Below the pieces are notes generated by a model, which saw nothing but the letters and a program-made list of their open reading frames with translations, did no database searches and was not told the origin of the DNA. A stretch of DNA of 32,000 bases. Origin: Candidatus Hermodarchaeota archaeon (lineage in GTDB: Archaea; Asgardarchaeota; Heimdallarchaeia; Hodarchaeales; Hodarchaeaceae). Every line of letters starts with the position of its first letter. Position 1 is the stretch's first letter. The stretch is taken from positions 119,001 to 151,000 of the forward strand of contig JBHLKY010000005.1 of assembly GCA_048886185.1 (NCBI GenBank), given 5' to 3'. Of the stretch, positions 8,968-17,366 are shown piece by piece. A program made the translations under genes and the position numbers.

Positions 8968-9048
8968 AATTTACGAAATTATTTGAGTAACTATTTAGGG
9001 GGATTGAAAAAGTTTGAAGTACCATATCGATCAAATTTATTGGTCAAA

Positions 9049-9219
9049 ATGGCAAGAGGAGGGCTAAAATGCCCACATTGAAGAAAAGTTGATGTCTTAG
9101 TCAAATTAATTATTTCACCAGAGAAATTAACCCATTATTTGAAGAAGGCAAACATAAAAATATCATTAATACGTTAATTTTCATTAGAAGGATTACTTCT
9201 TGACAGGTTTCTTATTTAA
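9049..9219 (+). pseudogene. Small reading frame interrupted by an in-frame TGA (MARGGLKCPH*RKVDVLVKL...), pseudogene or possible recoded ORF
   Basis: Hand translation: frame 1 is open for 37 codons from 8968, has TGA at 9079-9081 right after Cys-Pro-His, then is open for 45 more codons to TAA 9217-9219. Confidence 0.3.
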
Positions 9220-9240
9220 TTAAGAATGGGCATATACAAA

Positions 9241-9280
9241 CAAAAAAAGTGCTATTTTATTAAAAAAAAGAGTAAAAAGA
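9241..9280 (-). terminator. Oligo-T archaeal terminator candidate for the ABC binding-protein gene
   Basis: Plus-strand A7, A8 and A5 runs (9242-9278), read as U-tracts on the minus strand, begin about 10 nt after the stop at 9288. Confidence 0.45.
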
Positions 9281-9287
9281 GGATATC

Positions 9288-11372
9288 TTATCTCTTTCTC
9301 CGCTTTTGGTAGATTAATGGAACTCCAAGAACCACTGACAACGTAAAAACTGAATTTATCTCAAAACCAGGTGTGACTCCTGGCATTTCTCCTGTTTCTT
9401 CTGAAGTTTCTGTAGTTTTCGAAGTATCTTCTGGATAAACAGTTTTAACAATGGTTTTGGTTACCCTATCTGTAAGTACTACAGTCTCGGGTGAGGGACA
9501 TTCTGGACAAGAAGCTGGTACAGTGATCGTTACGGTGATTTGTGAAGGTTCTTCTGATGTAGTTGTTGTTTTAGCAGATGCGTCTCGGATATCCCAACGC
9601 CAGTCTTCATGGCGTTCAAGACGAATATATTCACCAGGAACATGTGTTCTCATAACATAAGGGCCAGTCCCAATCGTTTGAGCGACAGTGGGATTAAAAC
9701 TGTTAACATCTATTACACCCCTCCAAATATGTTCTGGTGTAATATAGAAATTTGTAGTGTCACCAAACTCAAAGAAACCTGTCTTATTGACATAGAGTTC
9801 AATAGTATATCCCAGAGGACCATCAGGCATTGCTATCTTATAAATATCCCACATTTCTGGATTCCCCTCTGATGAGTTTCTCCACATGTAAATGGAGTGG
9901 TTCACATCAGCAGCGTTGAATACCTCACCATCATGCCAGGTTTCATTTTCGTATAGATAAAACGTATACTTTAATCCATCCTGAATCTCTCCACTGGCCG
10001 TTGTTTCTTCTATATTCCAATCATACGCTAATCCTGGGATAGGATCCCATGTGAATGGATCAATATTCCATAATTTTTCATAGATGTATTGATAGACGAT
10101 TCTATCATAAATTGTGTATGTCAAATAGGGATTAAGTGTATTTAGATTATCAGACAAACAATAATAGAATGTCCCACCGTACGGACCTCCAAGAGACTCC
10201 TTGAGGTGTACTTTCGATACACAGGCCCAGTTATCACATTGAGAAAAACCTACTCCACTAAATTCAAACCAACCATCAAATCTATCATTACGGTAAGCAC
10301 CGATATTAACGTCATTGTAGGCTACAATCTGAGGCTGTTCAAACGTCAACATCAAATTAGCCTCACGGGCTTTTTCCTTGGCAACATTTAAATCTGTTGT
10401 TGAGACCATTTCATCAAGTACAGCATTTATTGTGGCATTGTTATAGTGATAATAGTTATAAGGATCAATATTATTGATTCCACCGGTAGCCCAATTATTA
10501 TGAAGGATCTTGATCGGATTGACAAAAGACACACCTTCCGTCCAGCAAGTAGCCCATATATCACCAGGCCATAATAATTGAAAAATTTGGAAGAACTCCA
10601 TTTCGATAGTTTGGGTGCGAATACCCATTTTTTCTAATCCTTCTTGCATAATTACACAGATTTTAACAGCGGGGTCGTATGCAGCTGTAGCATGAAGTTC
10701 CATGATGCCTCCATCAGCATAGGCATTATCTTCTAGGTCAATACCTGGATCCCATACACCATTATTGTTTTTGTCATATTCACGCCAGCCATCCCCGTCT
10801 AAGTCTTTAAAACCAGCTTTTTCGAGAGATGCATTTCCAGAAACAAAGTCTGCATCATAGAAGTGCTCAGGGAGTACGCTTTCAACTTCCCATTCGGCTA
10901 AAGTTTGTGGAATATAGCTATCTTGGGGGTGGCCGATGCCTCCAATGCATTCGACGTTCGCACGATACTTGTCAAATCCGAAAGCCATAGCACGACGGAA
11001 AGCAGTTATATTTGTAGGGAATTTTTCACAATTTAATGTTAGCGATCGAAAAAGTCTGCTTGGAGTGAATGTTATTTCAATGTATGGATTCTTAACCAGA
11101 ACGGGTAGGTATTCTAGCAAGTAGTTAAGTCGTTCGTCATAACCATCAACATCCCCATTCTGAAGAGCTAACATCGCAAGGGGAATCTCAGTCTCTGTGA
11201 ACACCACAAACTCTATTTCATCAACATATCCTCCATAAGGCCGCCAGCTACTAGACCATTTCGCTTGCATGACCTTGGTTGGAGAGGAGAGAACATCTCC
11301 AGATAAGAAAATGCTTATTGCAACAATAATACATACTGAATAATACAATTTTATTTTTATCAATAAAATCAC
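9288..11372 (-). CDS. ABC transporter family-5 (OppA/DppA-like) solute-binding protein, circularly permuted, with signal peptide and PGF-CTERM anchor
   Basis: Motifs YVDEIEF, ALQNGDVD and FRRAMAFGFD precede LNTLNP, PGLAYDW, TWHDGEVFNAADV and GTGPY. N-terminal hydrophobic signal, Thr-rich linker, TPGF + TM helix + KRRKR end. Confidence 0.88.
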   Translation of the reverse strand: MILLIKIKLYYSVCIIVAISIFLSGDVLSSPTKVMQAKWSSSWRPYGGYVDEIEFVVFTETEIPLAMLALQNGDVDGYDERLNYLLEYLPVLVKNPYIEITFTPSRLFRSLTLNCEKFPTNITAFRRAMAFGFDKYRANVECIGGIGHPQDSYIPQTLAEWEVESVLPEHFYDADFVSGNASLEKAGFKDLDGDGWREYDKNNNGVWDPGIDLEDNAYADGGIMELHATAAYDPAVKICVIMQEGLEKMGIRTQTIEMEFFQIFQLLWPGDIWATCWTEGVSFVNPIKILHNNWATGGINNIDPYNYYHYNNATINAVLDEMVSTTDLNVAKEKAREANLMLTFEQPQIVAYNDVNIGAYRNDRFDGWFEFSGVGFSQCDNWACVSKVHLKESLGGPYGGTFYYCLSDNLNTLNPYLTYTIYDRIVYQYIYEKLWNIDPFTWDPIPGLAYDWNIEETTASGEIQDGLKYTFYLYENETWHDGEVFNAADVNHSIYMWRNSSEGNPEMWDIYKIAMPDGPLGYTIELYVNKTGFFEFGDTTNFYITPEHIWRGVIDVNSFNPTVAQTIGTGPYVMRTHVPGEYIRLERHEDWRWDIRDASAKTTTTSEEPSQITVTITVPASCPECPSPETVVLTDRVTKTIVKTVYPEDTSKTTETSEETGEMPGVTPGFEINSVFTLSVVLGVPLIYQKRRKR

Positions 11373-11829
11373 TTCCCTTTTAAATTAGAAATTGAGCTGA
11401 TATTCGAATTTACTCTAGAGGTGTTTTATTTTATCAAAGGAATAAATAACTCCTATAAAGTGGGAAATCTCCTATTTATAATTTTTGATCCCACATTTTT
11501 GATCAATGTTAATCTTCTTTCAAGCCCTGAAATATTCAGTGATAACAAAAAAAAATTGAGTACATTGCTATTTAAGCTAAGGCCTTTCACTACTCTCAAC
11601 AATCTTCATTTCCTCAAAATACTTACTCTTATAGACTTTTTTTTAGGTTAGTGAAAATAATTAATTCAACAGTCACTCTACCTCTATCAACTTCAATCCA
11701 CAAATTCATTCTAAAATTAAATATCCGAATATTTAAAAAGACTATAAAAAGTTCCATAACTTTATAAATATAAATGTTTTTGATTAGATTTGATTCATAG
11801 TGGTAATAATTTCAAAGGAGAGTTAATAG

Positions 11830-12663
11830 TTGAAAGCATCCAAAGAGGGTTCCTACAGTGATTATCAACAATTTGATTCAGCTTCTTCTTCTTCTAAGTA
11901 TCAAACATCAAAAGAACAGTTCGAAATGTGGTTTTTAGGATCGTTGATGAGTATTAATACAGACCAACCAGATTTCAATCGCATTTCAACCTTACATAAT
12001 CGTATTACTCAGGAGTGTACTAAATTTGATGAACGATTCCAAGCCAACATACGTGTTGCTTCTCAATTAGCAGAATTCTTTCCTTTTAAATGGTTATTAG
12101 AGATTTCTTCCACTTTTCGAAAAATGGATTCCTCTGGCCTCGGTATTAAATCAATTAAAAGTCGTGTTTCTTCATATCTGGGCTTTATTGAACTTTATCT
12201 TACATTTCGTGGGTTAACAATCTTAGATTCGACTCTTGATGAAATTAATGATTTTTTTGCTTTAGACATTACCAAAAATGAAGTTCGTACATGGAAACTG
12301 AAGTTGCTGCGTATCATCCCTGAATTACGTGCACAATGGGTAAAAATTCGTGCTCAAACTCATCAATCAGCAATCTTTTCTTCTGTTGTCCAAGTTATGA
12401 ATAAAGAAATGGTGTTAAACGAGTCTTATTCAAAGGAAGATGCATTCTTAGTTAAGCAAACTTGTCTTAAACTTGCTCAAGAGTTTACGGTGACTACGAA
12501 AGCTCGTCATATTAAGAAACCTGAAATTTGGGCTCGTGCTATCTGTGTAAAAGCTGTCCGTGAAATTCTACCAGATTTCTCGACATTTCCCATTCCTAAC
12601 CTTTCAATCAAGAACCAAAAAGTCATTGAGAATAAAAAATGGCAGCTTGACAAAATCCTATGA
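11830..12663 (+). CDS. Divergent TFB/TFIIB core-like (two cyclin folds) protein lacking the Zn ribbon
   Basis: TLDEINDFFALDITKNEVRTWKLKLLRII resembles TFB repeat 1 (TLDEIA....VDKKEIGR.YR.I.R.L). KKPEIWARAICVKA and KVIENKKWQL resemble repeat 2 (GKSP.GLAAAALYIA; VTVRNRYKEL). No Cys pairs at the N-terminus. GGAG upstream of the TTG start. Confidence 0.55.
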   Translation: MKASKEGSYSDYQQFDSASSSSKYQTSKEQFEMWFLGSLMSINTDQPDFNRISTLHNRITQECTKFDERFQANIRVASQLAEFFPFKWLLEISSTFRKMDSSGLGIKSIKSRVSSYLGFIELYLTFRGLTILDSTLDEINDFFALDITKNEVRTWKLKLLRIIPELRAQWVKIRAQTHQSAIFSSVVQVMNKEMVLNESYSKEDAFLVKQTCLKLAQEFTVTTKARHIKKPEIWARAICVKAVREILPDFSTFPIPNLSIKNQKVIENKKWQLDKIL

Positions 12664-12704
12664 TTAAAAAATCATAAATTATTTAGATTAGACCCCAGAT
12701 TCCA

Positions 12705-12717
12705 TTTTTTTTTATTT
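12705..12717 (+). terminator. Oligo-T terminator candidate after the TFB-like gene
   Basis: T9 run at 12705-12713, about 40 nt after the stop at 12663. Confidence 0.45.
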
Positions 12718-12822
12718 GAGAAAAATAATTCAACATATTTTTGACTCATTCTTCAAACAATAATAAATTAATAAATTTCTTGAGTCTACTTTTATGATGA
12801 AAAAGAGTAAGGGTATAGAAAG

Positions 12823-13138
12823 ATGGCATTTCATTTAAAAAGGTATATTCTCTTTTAATCATCCTAAACCTCTATATAATCCTCCTGTCAAGTGGTTGCA
12901 TTCAGCAAGAACCATCTGTCGTTGAAGGGCCCTCGAGAAGTTACCGCTTGAAGAGCTGACTAGCCTGAAAATGAGCATACATGATTCCTTATCAATGTCT
13001 AATTCAACTATGAAAATGTTCTAGAAGAGAATTAACCAAGGAACAGCATGTTCTTACCTTTTTAACTGGACTGTTATGGTAACACCAACCGATTCACACA
13101 TTCTGGACAGACTCGGTAGCTTAAACCCCCTTTCCTAA
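12823..13138 (+). pseudogene. Decayed lipoprotein gene (frameshifted)
   Basis: ATG 12823 (MAFHLK), then after a shift in an A5 run KVYSLLIILNLYIILLSSGCIQQEP, a lipoprotein signal with an SGC lipobox. Further fragments continue in another frame with internal stops. Confidence 0.4.
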
Positions 13139-13406
13139 CCTTAATCTTTAATAATGTACAGAATCTTTTTCTTACATGTGACGCTTAATACTCTATCTCT
13201 ATCAACAAAGAGCCATTCACCTCTATCTGGGATTAACATTAGGGAATTTCACAATTATTAGTTATATCTACAATAATAACATTCTATCAATTAGTGATTT
13301 ATGTGATATACTTCTAAACGAAGGAATAAGTTCAAGATAAGGGGACTAAAAGCGTTTTAACAAATAACGAATCCTGCTCATTTAGTAAAAAAAGCTGGCA
13401 ATTACT

Positions 13407-14651
13407 ATGGGATTAGATGTACACAGAATCAGAGAGGATTTTCCTGTACTCCATCAACATAGAGATGGAAAACCAATTATTTACGCCGATTCTGCATGTA
13501 TGGCGTTAAAACCACAACAAGTAATCGACTCACTTGTAAGTTATTATACAGAATATACCGCCTGTGCTGGACGGAGTCCTCATGCGTTTTCATTGAAAAC
13601 TACACGATTATATGATGATGCTCGTAAGGAATTAGCTAAATTCATTAATGCAAAACTACCTACTGAGATTGTTTGGGTAAGAAATACAACAGAAGCATTA
13701 AATTTAGGAAGTAATTGCCTAAAATTGAATGGAAACGCAACAATTATTACTACATCTGAGAGTCATAATTCCAATCTTGTAAAATGGGTTCGATTACATA
13801 ACTTACGTAAAATTAATCTGCAAATATTAGAGATTCCCTTATCAGGAGAATTCAATATAGAGGAATTTACAGAAATTGTAGAAAAATGTGAAGAAGGGAA
13901 TTTCCTAGCGAGCCTAAATCATACTAGTAATGTCACTGCAGCGCATATTCCCGAAAAAGAGATAGCACATATTGTCCACGAAAAAAATGGTATTCTCCAA
14001 CTTGATGCAGCCCAAAGTTTTCCACATAGGTTAATAGATGTTCAAAAAATGGAGATTGATCTTTTTGCTGCATCGATGCATAAAGCTTGTGGGCCAACTG
14101 GAATGGGTTTCCTTTATGGTCGGTACGATCTTCTGGAAAAGACGGAACCTCTGATTTTGGGAGGAGAGACAGTGTCTGATGTTCATTATCCTCATGATAT
14201 CAATCTTTTAAATCCTCCAGCTAAATTTGAGGCAGGTCTTCAGAATTACGCTGGAACTATTGCATCAGGAGCAACAGTACAATATTTGAAATCAGTTGGT
14301 ATGGGTAATATTGAAGCACATGAAAAACTCCTTAGTCGGGCAATGATATCTGGATTAAAGGATACTTTTGGTAATAAAATTTGTATTCTCGGACCAGAAA
14401 ACCCTGATGAGAGAGCAGCATTAGCAGCCATTGATTTAAAGGGGCATATTAATCCACATGAAGTAGCAATTCTTATGGACGAAATGAATAACATTTTCCT
14501 TCGTTCAGGGTTTCATTGTACACATGCCTTTCATCATGAAAAACATCTAGATGTCGGTACATTACGGCCAAGTTGGTATCTCTATAATACGGTTGAGGAA
14601 GTTAATATTTTCATAGAGACCTTGCAGGAAATTTTTGAGATTATGGCTTGA
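13407..14651 (+). CDS. sufS: Cysteine desulfurase / selenocysteine lyase, SufS/CsdA-type aminotransferase class V
   Basis: IREDFPVL, NTTEALN, DAAQS, PLP-lysine motif SMHKACGPTG, FEAG and catalytic-Cys motif RSGFHC. Confidence 0.88.
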   Translation: MGLDVHRIREDFPVLHQHRDGKPIIYADSACMALKPQQVIDSLVSYYTEYTACAGRSPHAFSLKTTRLYDDARKELAKFINAKLPTEIVWVRNTTEALNLGSNCLKLNGNATIITTSESHNSNLVKWVRLHNLRKINLQILEIPLSGEFNIEEFTEIVEKCEEGNFLASLNHTSNVTAAHIPEKEIAHIVHEKNGILQLDAAQSFPHRLIDVQKMEIDLFAASMHKACGPTGMGFLYGRYDLLEKTEPLILGGETVSDVHYPHDINLLNPPAKFEAGLQNYAGTIASGATVQYLKSVGMGNIEAHEKLLSRAMISGLKDTFGNKICILGPENPDERAALAAIDLKGHINPHEVAILMDEMNNIFLRSGFHCTHAFHHEKHLDVGTLRPSWYLYNTVEEVNIFIETLQEIFEIMA

Positions 14652-14917
14652 GGTCTATAGATCAGTATCTACTAGAATCAGTGTTTAAAATGGCAATGAA
14701 AGATCAGGATACGGCAAATACTTTAATTATTGAACTGTTAAAAGATTTGAAAGAAGCCACAACTGTTGAACTAATTAAAGAAGCAGAAACACTTGGATTA
14801 CCTGAATGTCGTGATCGGATTCCTGCCGCGTTAGCAGAGCTTTCTTCTCAAGGGATAATAACAAAAACTATTTCAAGAGAAAAAAAGGCAATTATATGGT
14901 CCTTATCAGCAATTTAG
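14648..14917 (+). CDS. Small winged-helix protein (possible start ATG 14690)
   Basis: Pattern of helices (IIELLK...TTVELIKEA...RIPAALAELSSQGII) plus a wing hairpin (TKTISREKKAIIWSL). Abuts or overlaps the sufS stop. Confidence 0.6.
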   Translation: MRSIDQYLLESVFKMAMKDQDTANTLIIELLKDLKEATTVELIKEAETLGLPECRDRIPAALAELSSQGIITKTISREKKAIIWSLSAI

Positions 14918-14955
14918 AATTTTTAGATAAATTATTGCAGCAATTTATTTGGGTT

Positions 14956-16077
14956 TTAGATAGCCCATCCAATTAGATGCCTGTTACCGAGATGAACATT
15001 ATCTAGGTATTTCTGCGCGGCTTCATAGCATTTTTTAACTTGTTTTAGCGGTGTAATAGGCAAATCCCTAAGAAAAGATTGAGGATGGAAGACCAGAAGG
15101 GAATATGGAATAGTTTTATCTAATTCAGCAATAAATTGAGCAATTTTACTCACTTCTTCTGCTTTTACATATCCTGGAACCAACAATGTCGTTGCAGTTA
15201 AGACTGGATTCTTGGCTCTTTCATGATAGAATTTATCAAAACAATTCTTAAAATTCTCAAATGATTGTTTATTTGATACCCCACTTAAAACCTGAGAAAG
15301 GGACGAAGAGAAGTATTTGAGATCGAATTTTGCATTTCCCCCACTTTTAAATGCTAATCCAACGGCATTTTGCACAAGTTTTGAATTTCCTGCTCCATTC
15401 CATTCCCAGCAAATACGAAGAATTCGGTTAGGAGTAGCATCTAAAGCTCGTTTGCTTGCCCGTAATGCCCAAGGTAATTGTGGTTCAGGTGATCCTCCAA
15501 ACCAACATACACATGATATTTTCGGATTGTTATGTATTTTTGAAACGAACTTCTCAAAAGAGTATGTTTTATCGGATTTTAACTCACGGTGTTGATCATT
15601 CTGACAACCAAGGCAAGAAAAATTACAGCCATAGAGGAAACAAGCAAAATTATAATAGCCATATTCTGGACCTTTACTATATGAAAAATGAGGATAACCT
15701 GAAGAGGTACCTCCAGGACAGAAGTACATCGAACAGCAGTTGGTGGGTAATGGATCTAAATATGTATGCAAAAAAGCTCGATTCTTTCCAGCAATGGGTC
15801 TGAGATGACCATCAATATTCTTTCTAATCCCACAATAACCCATTTCGCCTATTCCAATAAAGCATTCATTCGAACAAAGATGACATTGACGACCCTCCTT
15901 GTTGTAGGGAACAAAAGGTTGTAAATTCCATTGTTCTCGATTTGCCACATGAGAGATTTGAGAGATTTCGATTGCTTCTTTGGGGTGTTTTTGGATACAT
16001 TCGGGACAAATTCCTAAGAAAGTTGCCATTATCGTTGGTTTTTTACCACAAACCTGACATCTTGAAAATTTGATCAT
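14956..16077 (-). CDS. Radical SAM protein, AmmeMemoRadiSam / PflA-related family
   Basis: GCNFSCLGCQN (CxxxCxxC), GGSPEP, N-terminal CQVC..CPEC and CHLCSNEC..GYCGIR Cys clusters, DLKYF, TTLLVPG. Confidence 0.88.
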   Translation of the reverse strand: MIKFSRCQVCGKKPTIMATFLGICPECIQKHPKEAIEISQISHVANREQWNLQPFVPYNKEGRQCHLCSNECFIGIGEMGYCGIRKNIDGHLRPIAGKNRAFLHTYLDPLPTNCCSMYFCPGGTSSGYPHFSYSKGPEYGYYNFACFLYGCNFSCLGCQNDQHRELKSDKTYSFEKFVSKIHNNPKISCVCWFGGSPEPQLPWALRASKRALDATPNRILRICWEWNGAGNSKLVQNAVGLAFKSGGNAKFDLKYFSSSLSQVLSGVSNKQSFENFKNCFDKFYHERAKNPVLTATTLLVPGYVKAEEVSKIAQFIAELDKTIPYSLLVFHPQSFLRDLPITPLKQVKKCYEAAQKYLDNVHLGNRHLIGWAI

Positions 16078-16167
16078 TATCCCTCGAATTACTGGTTGTT
16101 CCGATTATAGTAGAAAAAATCTTCTCATTGAGATTATTTATCACACCAATTCTTTCTTTTACTTCCA

Positions 16168-16671
16168 CTAGGAGGAAATTTGAGATACCAATTTATGGAA
16201 TGCACTTTCAACATTTTCTCCTGTAAGTGCTGATGTATCGAAATATGCTGCGATGTTAGTTTGCTCTTCTATTAAGCTTTTTATTTCTTCATGGGAAACA
16301 GCCCTGAGTTCTTTTAAATCCGCTTTATTTCCAATTAATACGAATGGAATTTCTCCTGTTATTTCTTTTATATCATCGATCCAAGATAATCGAAGATTAT
16401 CCAAACTTTTTGGCACAGTTAAATCAAATACTAGTAAAGCTCCTTCAGACTTCGTATAAAACTTTTTTCGGAATTGACGGAACAACGTTTGCCCCGCTAT
16501 ATCCCAGATTTGCAAGTAAATTTCATTATCATTAACAAGAAGAGTTTTTGAAGTTACAGCAACACCAATTGTAGCTTTGTAATCCCCTGTAAATGAACCA
16601 GTTACAAATCGATCAATTAAGGAGGTCTTCCCCACAGCCCCATCTCCCGCTAAAACTATTTTTAATTTCAA
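16168..16671 (-). CDS. Rab-like small GTPase (paralog 2)
   Basis: G1 GDGAVGKT, G2 YKATIG, G3 WDIAGQ, G4 NKAD, G5 SAL. GAGGT lies upstream of the TTG start. Confidence 0.93.
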   Translation of the reverse strand: MKLKIVLAGDGAVGKTSLIDRFVTGSFTGDYKATIGVAVTSKTLLVNDNEIYLQIWDIAGQTLFRQFRKKFYTKSEGALLVFDLTVPKSLDNLRLSWIDDIKEITGEIPFVLIGNKADLKELRAVSHEEIKSLIEEQTNIAAYFDTSALTGENVESAFHKLVSQISS

Positions 16672-16795
16672 TTAACCGACCTCAAGCTCAGATATTCTTG
16701 CTTAAAACAACTAAATTTCTATCCATCCTCTTCTATATAAGACTAGTGAACATTTTGAAGGGATTTTCTCATCTAGATTAGTTATGAAAGCAGCT

Positions 16796-17356
16796 TTAAT
16801 TTCCTATAAGATGTGAAATAATAGTTGCAAAAGTCTTTTCAACATTCTCTCCAGTTAATGCAGATGTATTATAACTTGCCACTATATTCGGATATTTTTC
16901 ATTAAAAGAAGTCACATCTTCGGAAGAAACCGTAATAAGTTCTTCCAAATCCATTTTATTGCCTATTAGAATTACAGGGATTGGATTTTGTATGACATCG
17001 TTAATATCTTTCATCCATGAAGAAAGACGTGTCAAGCTACTGGGTAGAGTCAAATCGTATACCAAAAGACCACTCTGAGCATTGGTAAAGAATCTTTTTC
17101 TAAAACCACGAAATAACGCCTGGCCAGCAATATCCCAAACTAATAATTTTACAGTCACTTCTTCATTATCTTTTTCAATAGCAACTTCTTTTGTGAAAAT
17201 ATCAACACCAATGGTAGCTTTATATTCAGAAGTAAATTTACCGGCTATATATTGATTCACTAAAGTGGTTTTGCCTACAGAGGCTTCGCCTGCGATAACA
17301 ATCTTAAAACACCAAATGTTATCTTCCAATTGTAGTGTCATTTTTTCTAGTCTCAC
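16796..17356 (-). CDS. Rab-like small GTPase (paralog 1)
   Basis: G1 GEASVGKT, G2 YKATIGVD, G3 WDIAGQ, G4 NKMD, G5 SAL; RabF-like IGVDIF, KLLVW, LVYDLT. Confidence 0.93.
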   Translation of the reverse strand: MRLEKMTLQLEDNIWCFKIVIAGEASVGKTTLVNQYIAGKFTSEYKATIGVDIFTKEVAIEKDNEEVTVKLLVWDIAGQALFRGFRKRFFTNAQSGLLVYDLTLPSSLTRLSSWMKDINDVIQNPIPVILIGNKMDLEELITVSSEDVTSFNEKYPNIVASYNTSALTGENVEKTFATIISHLIGN

Positions 17357-17366
17357 TTAATTCGCT

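Noticed and set aside
11421-11651. 76-aa ORF in the gap between the binding protein and the TFB-like gene
   Set aside because: F/L/I/K/N-rich composition typical of AT-rich promoter DNA, with no motif and no clear RBS.
12880-12990. GC-richer intergenic patch as a possible ncRNA, riboswitch or SECIS
   Set aside because: Only a weak bulged hairpin (TGGTTGC/GCAAGAACCA); the composition is better explained by decayed coding sequence.
13074-13239. Minus-strand fragments MLIPDRGEW...TCKKK and RFCTLLKIKVRKGGLSYRVCPEC suggesting a frameshifted Zn-finger gene
   Set aside because: Needs a frameshift and still lacks a first CxxC pair; it overlaps the better-supported plus-strand lipoprotein remnant.
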